Shown here: piece by piece, positions 7,809 through 16,718 of the stretch
Position numbering within the stretch: the first letter of the stretch is position 1
Layout: every line of letters begins with the position of its first letter
From: a virus
Reading direction: 5' to 3' (one strand)
Length of the DNA stretch: 64,000 nt
IMG/VR virus record: IMGVR_UViG_3300045988_019905
Notes under the pieces: generated by a model
Databases searched by the model: none
The model's input: the letters and a program-made list of their open reading frames with translations, nothing else
Told to the model about the DNA's origin: nothing
Translations under genes and position numbers: made by a program

Positions 7809-10160
7809 GTGATTGATTGTAGAGCTGCGGATGTTGAGATACTTCCTAATTTCTTTAGTGTTACGTTTATTAGTCTTAATGATTATCTAAGAGTATTTGC
7901 AGATTGCGTTAATGACAAAGGTAAGCCTATACCGTTGGTTCAAAAACTAACTGTTGCTGAAATTAAACGTAGACTTGATACTGTCAAATGTGATGCTTTT
8001 TATATTACTGATAAAGATGATAGTCAACTATTGTCTCTTGTTGGTTATATTAATGGTATGCGACATAAAGGTGTTAATGTATATACTTATAATGGACTTA
8101 GCTATGATAATCTTATGGTGGCTGGGTTTCTTATGAATGTTGCTCACTTTGATAATACTAAAGATTTAATTAGGTATCTATATACTCTTAGTAAGAAGAT
8201 TATATCTCTTCAAGATGATAAGGAAAAACTATATAATGATTATCAGATTAATACTGTTAGACGTTTTAAGCTTCCTTATGTTGATGTTGATGTTATGCGA
8301 ATATTCGCTCTTAATAAAGCTGGAGTTAGAATTGATAAAGATACCGGTGAACGAAAAGCTACACCAAAAGGTCTTAAACAAACTTCTATAAATCTTCAAT
8401 GGTTTGAATTACTGGAATATGAACTTCCTCCTATTTGTGAAAAAGATGCAGAACTTTATTATGATAATCTATTATATAAAGGACTGCCTCCCGATAAGCT
8501 TAATAAACTTATTGACAAGTGGGATAGATATATATTAGATGAATATATTCCGCCTATGATGCATTATAATAAAAATGATGTGTTTATAGTATGTGAAATT
8601 GTTCGTCTTAATCCAGAAGAAGTTAAATCACGATATTCTGTTAGTAGTGTTTATAAAGTAAACGTACTTAATAGTAGTCGTAGTAATATGGCTGATATAT
8701 TGTTTGAAAAGTTCTATTCTGAACGTAGTGGTTTACCACCTGAAAAATGGAAAGGTAAACGTACTGAACGTACAGGTATGAATCTTGGTAAAATAATATT
8801 CCCATGTATAGAATTTAAGACTCCCGAACTTCAGAAACTTCTTGCTGAAATTAAAAAGACTACTATTTATAGAGTAAGCAAAGAAGAATTTAATAAAGAA
8901 GTTAAGATTGGTAATATAGTTTATAGTCTTGGTACAGGTGGTTTGCATAGTAGAGATATTCCTATGGAAATATGGAGTACTACTCCTTATGATGGTGGGA
9001 CTGTTGTCTCTGAATCTCCTACGGGGGAACAGAAAAATGCTAATCCTTTTACTATATTTCATTTTGATGTTGCCAGTTATTATCCAAGTATTATGGCAGA
9101 GTATGAAGTTGCTCCTGCTCATATGCTTAAGAAGATTTTTGCTGGTCTTATTCGTTGGATGAAAGATACGAGAGTTAAAGTTAAACATAGTCTTGATGAT
9201 ATTGTTGATGGTATTCCTCGTGATGTACTTGCTCTTGTATTGAAGATTGTGATAAATTCTATCTATGGTAAATTTGGTTTTGAAAAAGGAGATTTGTATG
9301 ACAGACGAGCTGTACTTGAAGTGACAATTAATGGTCAACTTATGTTGCTTATGCTTTGTGAACAACTTGAACTTAATGGTATTCATATTATTAGTGCTAA
9401 TACTGATGGTATCATGGTTAAGGTTTATGATAAAGATATAAGTAAATATGAGTGTATAACTCAATGGTGGCAAGAAAAGACAAAGATGAGTGCAGATACA
9501 GATGTAGTTCATTGTCTTATTGCTCGTGATGTTAATAACTATATTTGTCAATTCCGTACAAAGAAAGGTCTTAAACTTGAATATAAAGGTGCTCTTAATC
9601 CTCTTATGTATGCTGTTGATTTACAGAAAGGATATGATATGCCTATTGTTGCTCAAGCGGTTAGTGATTACTTTCTTAAGAATGTTCCTGTTATGGATAC
9701 ACTTCGTAAAGCTACTAATATTCTTGACTTTTGTAAGACACAGAACGTTGGACGTCAATTTCATGTCGAACAAACATTTGTTAATAATCAGCAAGTTCAA
9801 CAAGTTGTATGTCAAAGATATGTTAGGTTTTATATATCCAATACTGGCTGCATAATTGAGAAAGTTCATAATGATACTGCTTCTCGTTCTCGTATGGCTG
9901 CTGGTTCGTCTGTTACTGTTATAAATACTCTTGATGATGTTGATATTTCTCTTCGTAATATTAATTATAAGTATTATTATGAAGAAGCTATGAAGATTAT
10001 TAATCCTATCAAACTTGGTATTAGTCCTAAAGGAAAAGGTAGAACTCGTATTAAGAAAGCTTATGGACAATTTAATAGTCTTTTTGATGATGCTGCTTTT
10101 GAAGAGGAATACGCTGATGCTTATGTTGATGAAAATATAGATTATTATGAAGACGATTGA
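7809..10160 (+). CDS. family B DNA polymerase (783 aa)
   Basis: Exo I-like ADVEILPNFF. Pol motif A DVASYYPSIM (DxxSLYPS). Motif B KIVINSIYGKFG (KxxxNSxYG). Motif C ISANTDGIMV. GTG start at 7809. Confidence 0.9.
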   Translation: MIDCRAADVEILPNFFSVTFISLNDYLRVFADCVNDKGKPIPLVQKLTVAEIKRRLDTVKCDAFYITDKDDSQLLSLVGYINGMRHKGVNVYTYNGLSYDNLMVAGFLMNVAHFDNTKDLIRYLYTLSKKIISLQDDKEKLYNDYQINTVRRFKLPYVDVDVMRIFALNKAGVRIDKDTGERKATPKGLKQTSINLQWFELLEYELPPICEKDAELYYDNLLYKGLPPDKLNKLIDKWDRYILDEYIPPMMHYNKNDVFIVCEIVRLNPEEVKSRYSVSSVYKVNVLNSSRSNMADILFEKFYSERSGLPPEKWKGKRTERTGMNLGKIIFPCIEFKTPELQKLLAEIKKTTIYRVSKEEFNKEVKIGNIVYSLGTGGLHSRDIPMEIWSTTPYDGGTVVSESPTGEQKNANPFTIFHFDVASYYPSIMAEYEVAPAHMLKKIFAGLIRWMKDTRVKVKHSLDDIVDGIPRDVLALVLKIVINSIYGKFGFEKGDLYDRRAVLEVTINGQLMLLMLCEQLELNGIHIISANTDGIMVKVYDKDISKYECITQWWQEKTKMSADTDVVHCLIARDVNNYICQFRTKKGLKLEYKGALNPLMYAVDLQKGYDMPIVAQAVSDYFLKNVPVMDTLRKATNILDFCKTQNVGRQFHVEQTFVNNQQVQQVVCQRYVRFYISNTGCIIEKVHNDTASRSRMAAGSSVTVINTLDDVDISLRNINYKYYYEEAMKIINPIKLGISPKGKGRTRIKKAYGQFNSLFDDAAFEEEYADAYVDENIDYYEDD
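9015..9030 (-). repeat. GC-rich dispersed motif copy (inside polB)
   Basis: TCTCCTACGGGGGAAC, encoding SPTGE. Confidence 0.8.
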
Positions 10161-11529
10161 GTCAATGTATGAGACGTTAGCTGATAAGTGGGGACGAGAG
10201 AACAAAGGTCACGGTACAGTTCATTGTGTTAGACCTATGGAATACGCCAAACTAATCGTAGTGATATTAAAGAAGATGATGGCTAAGAATCCTGACCTAA
10301 AAGTTTTCATATGCGTTGATGCGTATGAAACTCGAAGGACTATTATAGAAGCTCTCACAAGTAATGAAATAAATCAAGAACATATTACTGTACTAAGTGA
10401 AACTTATGTTAATGCTCGGTATAGATATGTATATAATCTGGCAATTTTTGTTGGTCTTGAACGTTATAGTAATTATGTCAATTGTGTAGGAACTACTTCT
10501 GACTTTCATCTATTTATTATTACTAAAGATGTTATCGACTCTAATAACCTAATGGATATATATAAGCACTATCCTGCTGTTAATGTAGAACTAAGTGCGA
10601 ATGATATTAATGCTGTTAATTTGAGTTCCCCCGTAGAGGAACGAAGAGTAGGTTGCCTACTCCCTGTTGCTGATAAAGAAGAATATGATAAATATACTGA
10701 TTTTATAACTCAATGCTTTAATATATTTGGAGATTTTGATGCTATTACAAAAGCAAGAGTTGGAGATAGTAAAACTGGTGTTAGTGCTGCTGAATTTCGT
10801 AATCAGCTTGCGCTAAATAATGGTTGGTCTGCCGAACTTGATATGACTATTGGATTTAATCGTCAAATTGATGAATGTTATAATCCTAATATTCTATTAG
10901 ATAAGGCTACACTTTGTTATGAAATTATTCGCAAACGAAGTAATCTTGTTACAGATAATGATGTTAAACTTAATGCTATTCTTGATATTGTCAAGGAAAA
11001 TACTGGCAAACAAATAATGATTATATCTAAGCGTGGAGAGTTTGCTGCTCGTGTTACTGCTTATCTTGAAGAAAATGGTATTGATTGTGGAGATTATCAT
11101 GATGCTATTGAACCAAGAGTTCTTGTAGATGAAAATGGGATTCCTGTTTTATACAAGTCCGGTGCTAACAAGGGCAAGCCAAGAATCATCAAATCTAAAG
11201 CCATTTCCAGCGCGAATGAGCGACTTTTTCAGCAAGGACAATTAAAAGTATTATCCGTGAAAAATAGTTCGTCAGACGAGCTGCAAATAGCCGTAGACGT
11301 TTGGATTTTGACAAGTCCGCTATGTGATGAAGTTGCGGCTCTTAAATACCGTTTTAATAAAGTTCTTTTTAATAGTGCACCACATATTATATATAAGGTG
11401 TTCTTACAGGGAACAATCGAAGAAACGAAGCTATTACAGAGCAAGCCGAACCGATTCACAACTATTACTACTAAAACGGTAGATAGTGATATTTTTGATG
11501 AAAATAATTGTGGAATTATTTGTCAGTAA
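10147..11529 (+). CDS. SF2 helicase-like protein with degenerate ATPase motifs (460 aa)
   Basis: The C-terminal half resembles a helicase C domain (IMIISKRGEFAARVTAYLEENGIDCGDYHDAI...LFQQGQLKVLSV...VDVWILTSP). I could not find a canonical GxxxxGK[ST] Walker A. Confidence 0.4.
   Translation: MKTIESMYETLADKWGRENKGHGTVHCVRPMEYAKLIVVILKKMMAKNPDLKVFICVDAYETRRTIIEALTSNEINQEHITVLSETYVNARYRYVYNLAIFVGLERYSNYVNCVGTTSDFHLFIITKDVIDSNNLMDIYKHYPAVNVELSANDINAVNLSSPVEERRVGCLLPVADKEEYDKYTDFITQCFNIFGDFDAITKARVGDSKTGVSAAEFRNQLALNNGWSAELDMTIGFNRQIDECYNPNILLDKATLCYEIIRKRSNLVTDNDVKLNAILDIVKENTGKQIMIISKRGEFAARVTAYLEENGIDCGDYHDAIEPRVLVDENGIPVLYKSGANKGKPRIIKSKAISSANERLFQQGQLKVLSVKNSSSDELQIAVDVWILTSPLCDEVAALKYRFNKVLFNSAPHIIYKVFLQGTIEETKLLQSKPNRFTTITTKTVDSDIFDENNCGIICQ
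10624..10642 (+). repeat. GC-rich dispersed motif copy (inside the SF2-like gene)
   Basis: GTTCCCCCGTAGAGGAACG, encoding SPVEER. Confidence 0.8.
10645..10661. other. perfect 7-bp hairpin with a 3-nt loop just after the motif
   Basis: GAGTAGG-TTG-CCTACTC. Confidence 0.55.
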
Positions 11530-11549
11530 TGAAATAAGATTTATATTTG
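11519..11549 (+). promoter_or_regulatory. Bacteroidota-type sigma-A promoter candidate
   Basis: TTTG (11519-11522), 19 nt spacer, TATATTTG (11542-11549). About 30 nt upstream of ATG 11579. Confidence 0.45.
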
Positions 11550-11578
11550 TGATGTGAAAACGAAAGGTCTTTGACATA

Positions 11579-12532
11579 ATGGACGAGAAAACAGAAGAAC
11601 AAAAGACAGAAGTTGTTGCAAGTGAACATTCCGTTGCAACAACAAGAAAAGATGTGAGTAAACAACCTGTTGTACATAATGTTCATACTCTTAATCGGGT
11701 TAATCTTTTAGACCCGAATCAACTTGAAGCTACGAAAGTATTTATGCTACAAGTTGCAAGAAGTAAGAAAGGTGGTATTGCGAGTGTAGAAGATGGACTT
11801 GCTGTTCTAATGAGAGCACAAGACCTTAATCTACCTTTTAGTACTTGTCTTGAACACGTGCACGTTATTAATGGTAAAACTGGTGTTGATATTCACATTA
11901 TTAAATCGTTATTATCAAAGGCAGGACTAACATGGGAATGTACAAAAGATTATAGTCCTCTGTATGAATATACAGATGGTTTTAACGTTTATGTTGAGGA
12001 TAAACTTCCTGATTATTGTATTAAATGCAGTAATCGTAAAGAAGCTGAAAAGAAACAATTAGAGAGTAAAGACACAGATATTATGTATGTTTATCCAACT
12101 CTTTATTTTAAAGATTTTAATAATAACATATATAAGAGTTATCAGTGGAATAATAAACTCTCTATTGCTATGAATCCGGCTCATGCTCAAGAACTTGCTA
12201 AACAAGGACTTGTTCCTGTTTATAGAATACCTAATCAGCCCATAGATTATGTGACTGAATATGATATTTGTCGTATAGTTCGTGATAAGGAAGTTCATTC
12301 TATTGGAAGATTTAGTTTTAGTGAAGCTCAAGCTGCCGAAATGTTCGAGAAAGATACTTATAAAAAATATGCTCGAATACTTATTGGTCATAGAGCTTTT
12401 ACTTATGCTGCTCGTGATATTGCAAGTGACATTTTATTTGGAGTTTATGAAACAAGTGAACTTAAAATTGTTGCTGGCGCAGAGCTTAACGATGCAGATA
12501 TTATTGATATTGAAGCTCAAGAAGTGAAATAA
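11579..12532 (+). CDS. hypothetical protein, possibly a RecT-like single-strand annealing protein (317 aa)
   Basis: The segment GLAVLMRAQDLNLPFSTCLEHVHVINGKTGVDIHIIKSLLSKAG resembles the RecT core pattern (gL.P...ay.i...g.......y.g...l). The similarity is weak. Confidence 0.35.
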   Translation: MDEKTEEQKTEVVASEHSVATTRKDVSKQPVVHNVHTLNRVNLLDPNQLEATKVFMLQVARSKKGGIASVEDGLAVLMRAQDLNLPFSTCLEHVHVINGKTGVDIHIIKSLLSKAGLTWECTKDYSPLYEYTDGFNVYVEDKLPDYCIKCSNRKEAEKKQLESKDTDIMYVYPTLYFKDFNNNIYKSYQWNNKLSIAMNPAHAQELAKQGLVPVYRIPNQPIDYVTEYDICRIVRDKEVHSIGRFSFSEAQAAEMFEKDTYKKYARILIGHRAFTYAARDIASDILFGVYETSELKIVAGAELNDADIIDIEAQEVK

Positions 12533-12582
12533 CAAAGAGGTGTTAGACCTCATATTTATAAACATTTTAAAACAAATTTAGT

Positions 12583-13413
12583 ATGAAAACTTTTGGAAAA
12601 TTGGCTTTCGGTTTTAGCGCAGTTAATGCAGGTCAGAGAAATGTAAGTTATGAACCAGAATTGGTTGCAGGTGCAAATGCAGGTAGTTTCCGTATTACTC
12701 CTCCGGTTTCTAAGGCGTTGCTGTTGCAGCACGGAGACAACATCATGTTCGTGACCAATGCGGATAACATTGATGCTGCAATTCGTGACAAAGCACCGGA
12801 AGTTGTTGAGTTCTGTACTGCAAACGGACTTGACATTGATTCTATGGAAGCTGCTATCGCTATCCACAAAGAATTTGATATGTGGGGTATTGCGAAAGGT
12901 ATCCAAGAATTTGATTCAAAGGGTAACCCGAAAACAACTCGTGAACGTATGACGAAAGCTGATAAGGCTAAATACGTTGACAATCACTTTGAAGAATGTC
13001 TTGAATCTGCTCGTGCTTCTGAAAATGAAGAGTTGGTTGCTGCTCTGAATCGTGAAGGTGCTACCGAAGAGGAACTGAAAGCCGTTCTTATCGAAGCTAT
13101 TCAAGGAGACGAAGTTGCGAAATACAAAGGAAGTAAATGTGCGAATCCGGCATCTACTACCGGTGCAGGTGTTTCACTGACTTTTACCGACTCTAACGTA
13201 TGGAATCAGCTCAAAGCCGATATGGGTGACACAGCAGAAAAGTTGAACCGTGTATTCGCTATCGACGTTGAGAACCTTGTAGATGCAGAAATCTTTAACG
13301 GTCATGAAAATGTTGCCGTGAAAGTTGCTGTACTTGGCGAATCCAAAGAAGAAAAACCTATCCGTGTAGGTAAAAAGGCAGACGGTTCTGATGACGAAAC
13401 TGCTGCTGAATAA
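12583..13413 (+). CDS. hypothetical protein, probably abundant, with an acidic C-terminal tail (276 aa)
   Basis: ORF with visibly higher GC and G/C-ending codons than its neighbours. It has its own strong terminator. The tail reads ADGSDDETAAE. Confidence 0.7.
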   Translation: MKTFGKLAFGFSAVNAGQRNVSYEPELVAGANAGSFRITPPVSKALLLQHGDNIMFVTNADNIDAAIRDKAPEVVEFCTANGLDIDSMEAAIAIHKEFDMWGIAKGIQEFDSKGNPKTTRERMTKADKAKYVDNHFEECLESARASENEELVAALNREGATEEELKAVLIEAIQGDEVAKYKGSKCANPASTTGAGVSLTFTDSNVWNQLKADMGDTAEKLNRVFAIDVENLVDAEIFNGHENVAVKVAVLGESKEEKPIRVGKKADGSDDETAAE

Positions 13414-13452
13414 CTCGTCCGTTAGTTAGACAATCCTTTTCGTTGATAGTGT

Positions 13453-13494
13453 AGAGCCGCGCATGGAGATAATCTAAGTGCGGCTCTCTTTTTA
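13453..13494 (+). terminator. rho-independent terminator
   Basis: AGAGCCGC (13453-13460) pairs with GCGGCTCT (13480-13487), followed by CTTTTT. Confidence 0.75.
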
Positions 13495-13530
13495 TCTATA
13501 TATTTTATTAATCTTTTAAATTTAGTTGAA

Positions 13531-14544
13531 ATGAGTACTCAAACTAAAAAAGAACAAGAAGAAGTTAAAGCAGGTGAAACTGCTGGTGATGAACAACAAC
13601 AAGGTGCAGCTGCTCCAGTTGATGAAACCAAAAAGAAACGTCGCAGAGGTATTAGCAATGAAACACGTGCTGCGTCTCGTCTTAAATTTGACGAACGCCG
13701 TGATGCTAATCGTGCAAATGGTTTGTTTGTAGGACATCTTGACAATGTAGAAGTAACTTGGGTTACTCTTGGTGCTGAGGTACAAGGTCTGCAATCATTT
13801 GCTGGATGTGCTATTCCTATTCTTACTCTTACGTTCGCAAGTAACGAAGAAAATGAATCTATTCGTCGTTATGTTACTCATCGTATGATGCCGGCTGAAA
13901 GTAATGCTCTTACTATCGTTGGTGGTGCAGAATCTTGGAAAGTTGATTCTGTTCTTGGTTGGATGAAACATATCATGGATGTATTTGTTCTCAAAGGTCG
14001 TGCTATGACTGAAGCCGAAGAAGATGCTCTTTGTCTGCCTTTTGAAGATACTGATGAAGACGGTAATTATATTCCCGTTGATGCAGAAGTTGTTCTGAAT
14101 GGTTGGAAGAGTCTATTCGAGAATTTCGTGAAGCTGATGAACAATGACGGCAAACCGGTCTATAAGACTGCAAGTGGTGCTCTTATTCCTATTTGGATGA
14201 AGCTTCTCCGCTTTACTAAAGTTAAGAATGCTTGGCAGCCTGTTGTTCGTGGTAAATCTACGGCTGGCGATTTGGGCTTTACTAACTTTGTTGGTGAAGG
14301 TTGTATCGAGCTTTACAAACAGAATGTTGCTCCGCTTCTTAAAGTAGATGCTGCAAAAGAATCTATTGTTTATAAAGAAACTGCTAAACCTGCTGCTCCT
14401 GCTATTCCGGGTGCTCCTATGATGGGTGGTGCTGCTCCGGGTATTGCTATGGGCGGTGCTCCTATGGGTGGTACAGATAGTGGTTTTGGCGGTGCTTCTG
14501 CTTTCGCTGGAACTGGCAATCCTGCCGACGACCTGCCGTTCTAA
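13531..14544 (+). CDS. ssb: single-stranded DNA-binding protein (337 aa)
   Basis: A Gly/Ala/Met/Pro-rich flexible tail ends in ...GNPADDLPF, matching the acidic DDDIPF-type tip of SSBs. GC is elevated. The unit is monocistronic with its own terminator. Confidence 0.6.
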   Translation: MSTQTKKEQEEVKAGETAGDEQQQGAAAPVDETKKKRRRGISNETRAASRLKFDERRDANRANGLFVGHLDNVEVTWVTLGAEVQGLQSFAGCAIPILTLTFASNEENESIRRYVTHRMMPAESNALTIVGGAESWKVDSVLGWMKHIMDVFVLKGRAMTEAEEDALCLPFEDTDEDGNYIPVDAEVVLNGWKSLFENFVKLMNNDGKPVYKTASGALIPIWMKLLRFTKVKNAWQPVVRGKSTAGDLGFTNFVGEGCIELYKQNVAPLLKVDAAKESIVYKETAKPAAPAIPGAPMMGGAAPGIAMGGAPMGGTDSGFGGASAFAGTGNPADDLPF

Positions 14545-14570
14545 GAGTTAGTTAAATAGTTGGATATAAA

Positions 14571-14609
14571 GGGATAAGATGCTATATTTGGTGTCTTATC
14601 CCTTTTTTT
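14571..14609 (+). terminator. rho-independent terminator
   Basis: GGGATAAGA (14571-14579) pairs with TCTTATCCC (14594-14602), followed by TTTTTTT. Confidence 0.8.
14583..14590 (+). promoter_or_regulatory. possible -7 box TATATTTG inside the terminator loop
   Basis: TAnnTTTG match with GTTG 20 nt upstream. About 50 nt before ATG 14640. Confidence 0.3.
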
Positions 14610-14639
14610 ATTATCCACGTTAAAGATGTTGAAGTTGAT

Positions 14640-15836
14640 ATGAGAAGAACTATAAATAATGGTAGTCTTACAAAAGATACTATCCTTTCTAAAGTTAATC
14701 AAGTAAGTATTTTTAGTGCTTACACAGGTATTGATACAGATGTTATTGAACATTGTATTGCTACTGGCGAATTTATTTCAAGTCCTTTTCGTGTTGATGA
14801 ACATCCGAGTTTTGGTTTTAGATACGACAATCGTGGTAAGCTTAAAGGTAAAGACTTTGCTGGTTATTTTCATGGTGATTGTTTTGATGCTGCTGCTCTT
14901 GTTATTGGTGAGATTATCCATAAAAATGTAGATATATCTAATAAGGGTTGGTTTATCTTTGTTCTTAAACATATTGCTTATACTTTTAGAAATATTATAT
15001 ATGGTAAGGATAAAGATGAAACTATTAATGAAGTTATTGCTGATGGCATAAAAGCTGCTCGTAATAGAAAACCTATTATTGAATTTGTTCCTCGTCAATG
15101 GAATAATTATGATAAAAACTATTGGGGTAAATTTCATGTTCCTCTTAGTTATCTTAATACTAATTTTATATATCCTGTTCAACAATATTATGTTAATAGA
15201 AAGGTTAATCCTGAACCTAAATATTATTATGATGATGATAGAAAAGATGTTTGTTATGCTTATATTCTTGGACAAGATAAAAAAGGTATCTATAATATTA
15301 AACTTTATTTTCCTAATAGAAAACATGGTACTGTAAGGTTTATTACTAATAGTAATTGTCTTGAGGGATTACTTAATCTTGAACTTGATAAATATGATGC
15401 TATTATAATAACTAAGAGTACTAAAGATAGAATAAGTCTTAGAGCTTATCTTGACAGTATATCTCTTGACTTCTCCTACGGGGGGTCGCCCATAGAGAAT
15501 ATTGGTCTTGTTAATATTCCTCACGAATCGTATAAACTTAAACAGAATGAATATGATTGGCTACGAAGTCGTTGTCCTCATGGTTATATTGTTTCTCTTA
15601 TGGATAATGATAATGCTGGTTATCGAGAAGCTATTTGGCTTAGAGATAATTATGGTATAATTCCTTTTTGTATTCCAAGAGAATATGATGTTAAAGACTT
15701 TGCTGAATTACGTAGTCAATATTCAGTTGAATTTATTAAAGAACTTATAGATAAATCATATAAATATATAGTAGATAATTATGAAGAAACAGAACTTTCT
15801 TGGGATACGAACCAAGACAATCCTCTGCCGTACTAA
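14640..15836 (+). CDS. DnaG-like (TOPRIM) DNA primase with degenerate zinc-ribbon ligands (398 aa)
   Basis: SPFRVDEHPSFGF parallels CPFHxExxPSF, and FHGDCFDAA parallels the CxxC region, but most Cys/His ligands are replaced. TOPRIM-like IIITKSTKDRISL and VSLMDNDNAGYREA (DxD). Confidence 0.7.
   Translation: MRRTINNGSLTKDTILSKVNQVSIFSAYTGIDTDVIEHCIATGEFISSPFRVDEHPSFGFRYDNRGKLKGKDFAGYFHGDCFDAAALVIGEIIHKNVDISNKGWFIFVLKHIAYTFRNIIYGKDKDETINEVIADGIKAARNRKPIIEFVPRQWNNYDKNYWGKFHVPLSYLNTNFIYPVQQYYVNRKVNPEPKYYYDDDRKDVCYAYILGQDKKGIYNIKLYFPNRKHGTVRFITNSNCLEGLLNLELDKYDAIIITKSTKDRISLRAYLDSISLDFSYGGSPIENIGLVNIPHESYKLKQNEYDWLRSRCPHGYIVSLMDNDNAGYREAIWLRDNYGIIPFCIPREYDVKDFAELRSQYSVEFIKELIDKSYKYIVDNYEETELSWDTNQDNPLPY
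15471..15490 (-). repeat. GC-rich dispersed motif copy (inside the primase gene)
   Basis: TTCTCCTACGGGGGGTCGCC, encoding FSYGGSP. Confidence 0.85.
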
Positions 15837-16212
15837 AGGTATAGTAGGAGATAGATTTACCGTTATGCGGGCTATTACCGAGAAGCAAGAGAAAGAACTT
15901 GATACTCGTGAACAAACTACTCTCGATAATGGTTTTACTGTAAGTAGAAAATCTATTTATATCTATGGCGAAGTTGACCTTACATCTGAAGAAGATATAG
16001 CTGCTATAAAGAAGCTCCATCTTATTGATGATAGTGATAAAGGTAATTCTATTCCCAGTGGATTTAGTTATCTTACAGGAGAGGTGGAATTTGAAGACAA
16101 TATTAAATACCGTCCTACTTGGGATGAATTTGAGTGGTTTAAATACAATTATTGTCTTATTGGTAAACCACAACGTATTGTGATTCATGAATGTGATAAA
16201 AGCTCGTTATAA
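15781..16212 (+). CDS. hypothetical protein (143 aa, start uncertain)
   Basis: The ORF overlaps the primase 3' end by 56 nt. An alternative ATG lies at 15865. Confidence 0.5.
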   Translation: MKKQNFLGIRTKTILCRTKGIVGDRFTVMRAITEKQEKELDTREQTTLDNGFTVSRKSIYIYGEVDLTSEEDIAAIKKLHLIDDSDKGNSIPSGFSYLTGEVEFEDNIKYRPTWDEFEWFKYNYCLIGKPQRIVIHECDKSSL

Positions 16213-16718
16213 TGGTAGAACTTGATGCGCAAGATATACGATTTATCGAGTCCCATATTAAAGAACGTGGTGGAATAGATAAAGCTATACAAGTTGTGCT
16301 AAAAGAACTTGATGCTACTTTAGTTCTTCCTGATGGTGGTCGTCCTCGTCAAACTAATAGTTATGTTTGGCAAAGAAGTGATGCAGAATTTGCTTATCTT
16401 CTAAACAAAGCTATGGATAATGGAATGACTAATGAAGAATATGCTAAAGTTATGGAACAATATGGAGAAGTTTTAAAGAAGAATGAACTATTTGAACTTG
16501 AAAATCCTCCTATTGTTTATAGTAAGAAAGTTCGTAGTAGTACTCGTAAAGTGCGAGTTGATAAGGTTCAATCCATGTTTGATGGCGATACTCTCAAAGT
16601 AGGAGAAAAAGCTGTTAAAGCTAAACCTAAAAAAGAAACTGTTGCTGAACGTAAAGCTAAGATTCTTAGTAGTAAAGCTGTTACGTTTGCATTTGGTGGT
16701 CTTAAACCTAAAAGTTAA
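16212..16718 (+). CDS. hypothetical protein (168 aa)
   Basis: ORF coupled to both neighbours by overlapping stop/start codons. Confidence 0.55.
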   Translation: MVELDAQDIRFIESHIKERGGIDKAIQVVLKELDATLVLPDGGRPRQTNSYVWQRSDAEFAYLLNKAMDNGMTNEEYAKVMEQYGEVLKKNELFELENPPIVYSKKVRSSTRKVRVDKVQSMFDGDTLKVGEKAVKAKPKKETVAERKAKILSSKAVTFAFGGLKPKS

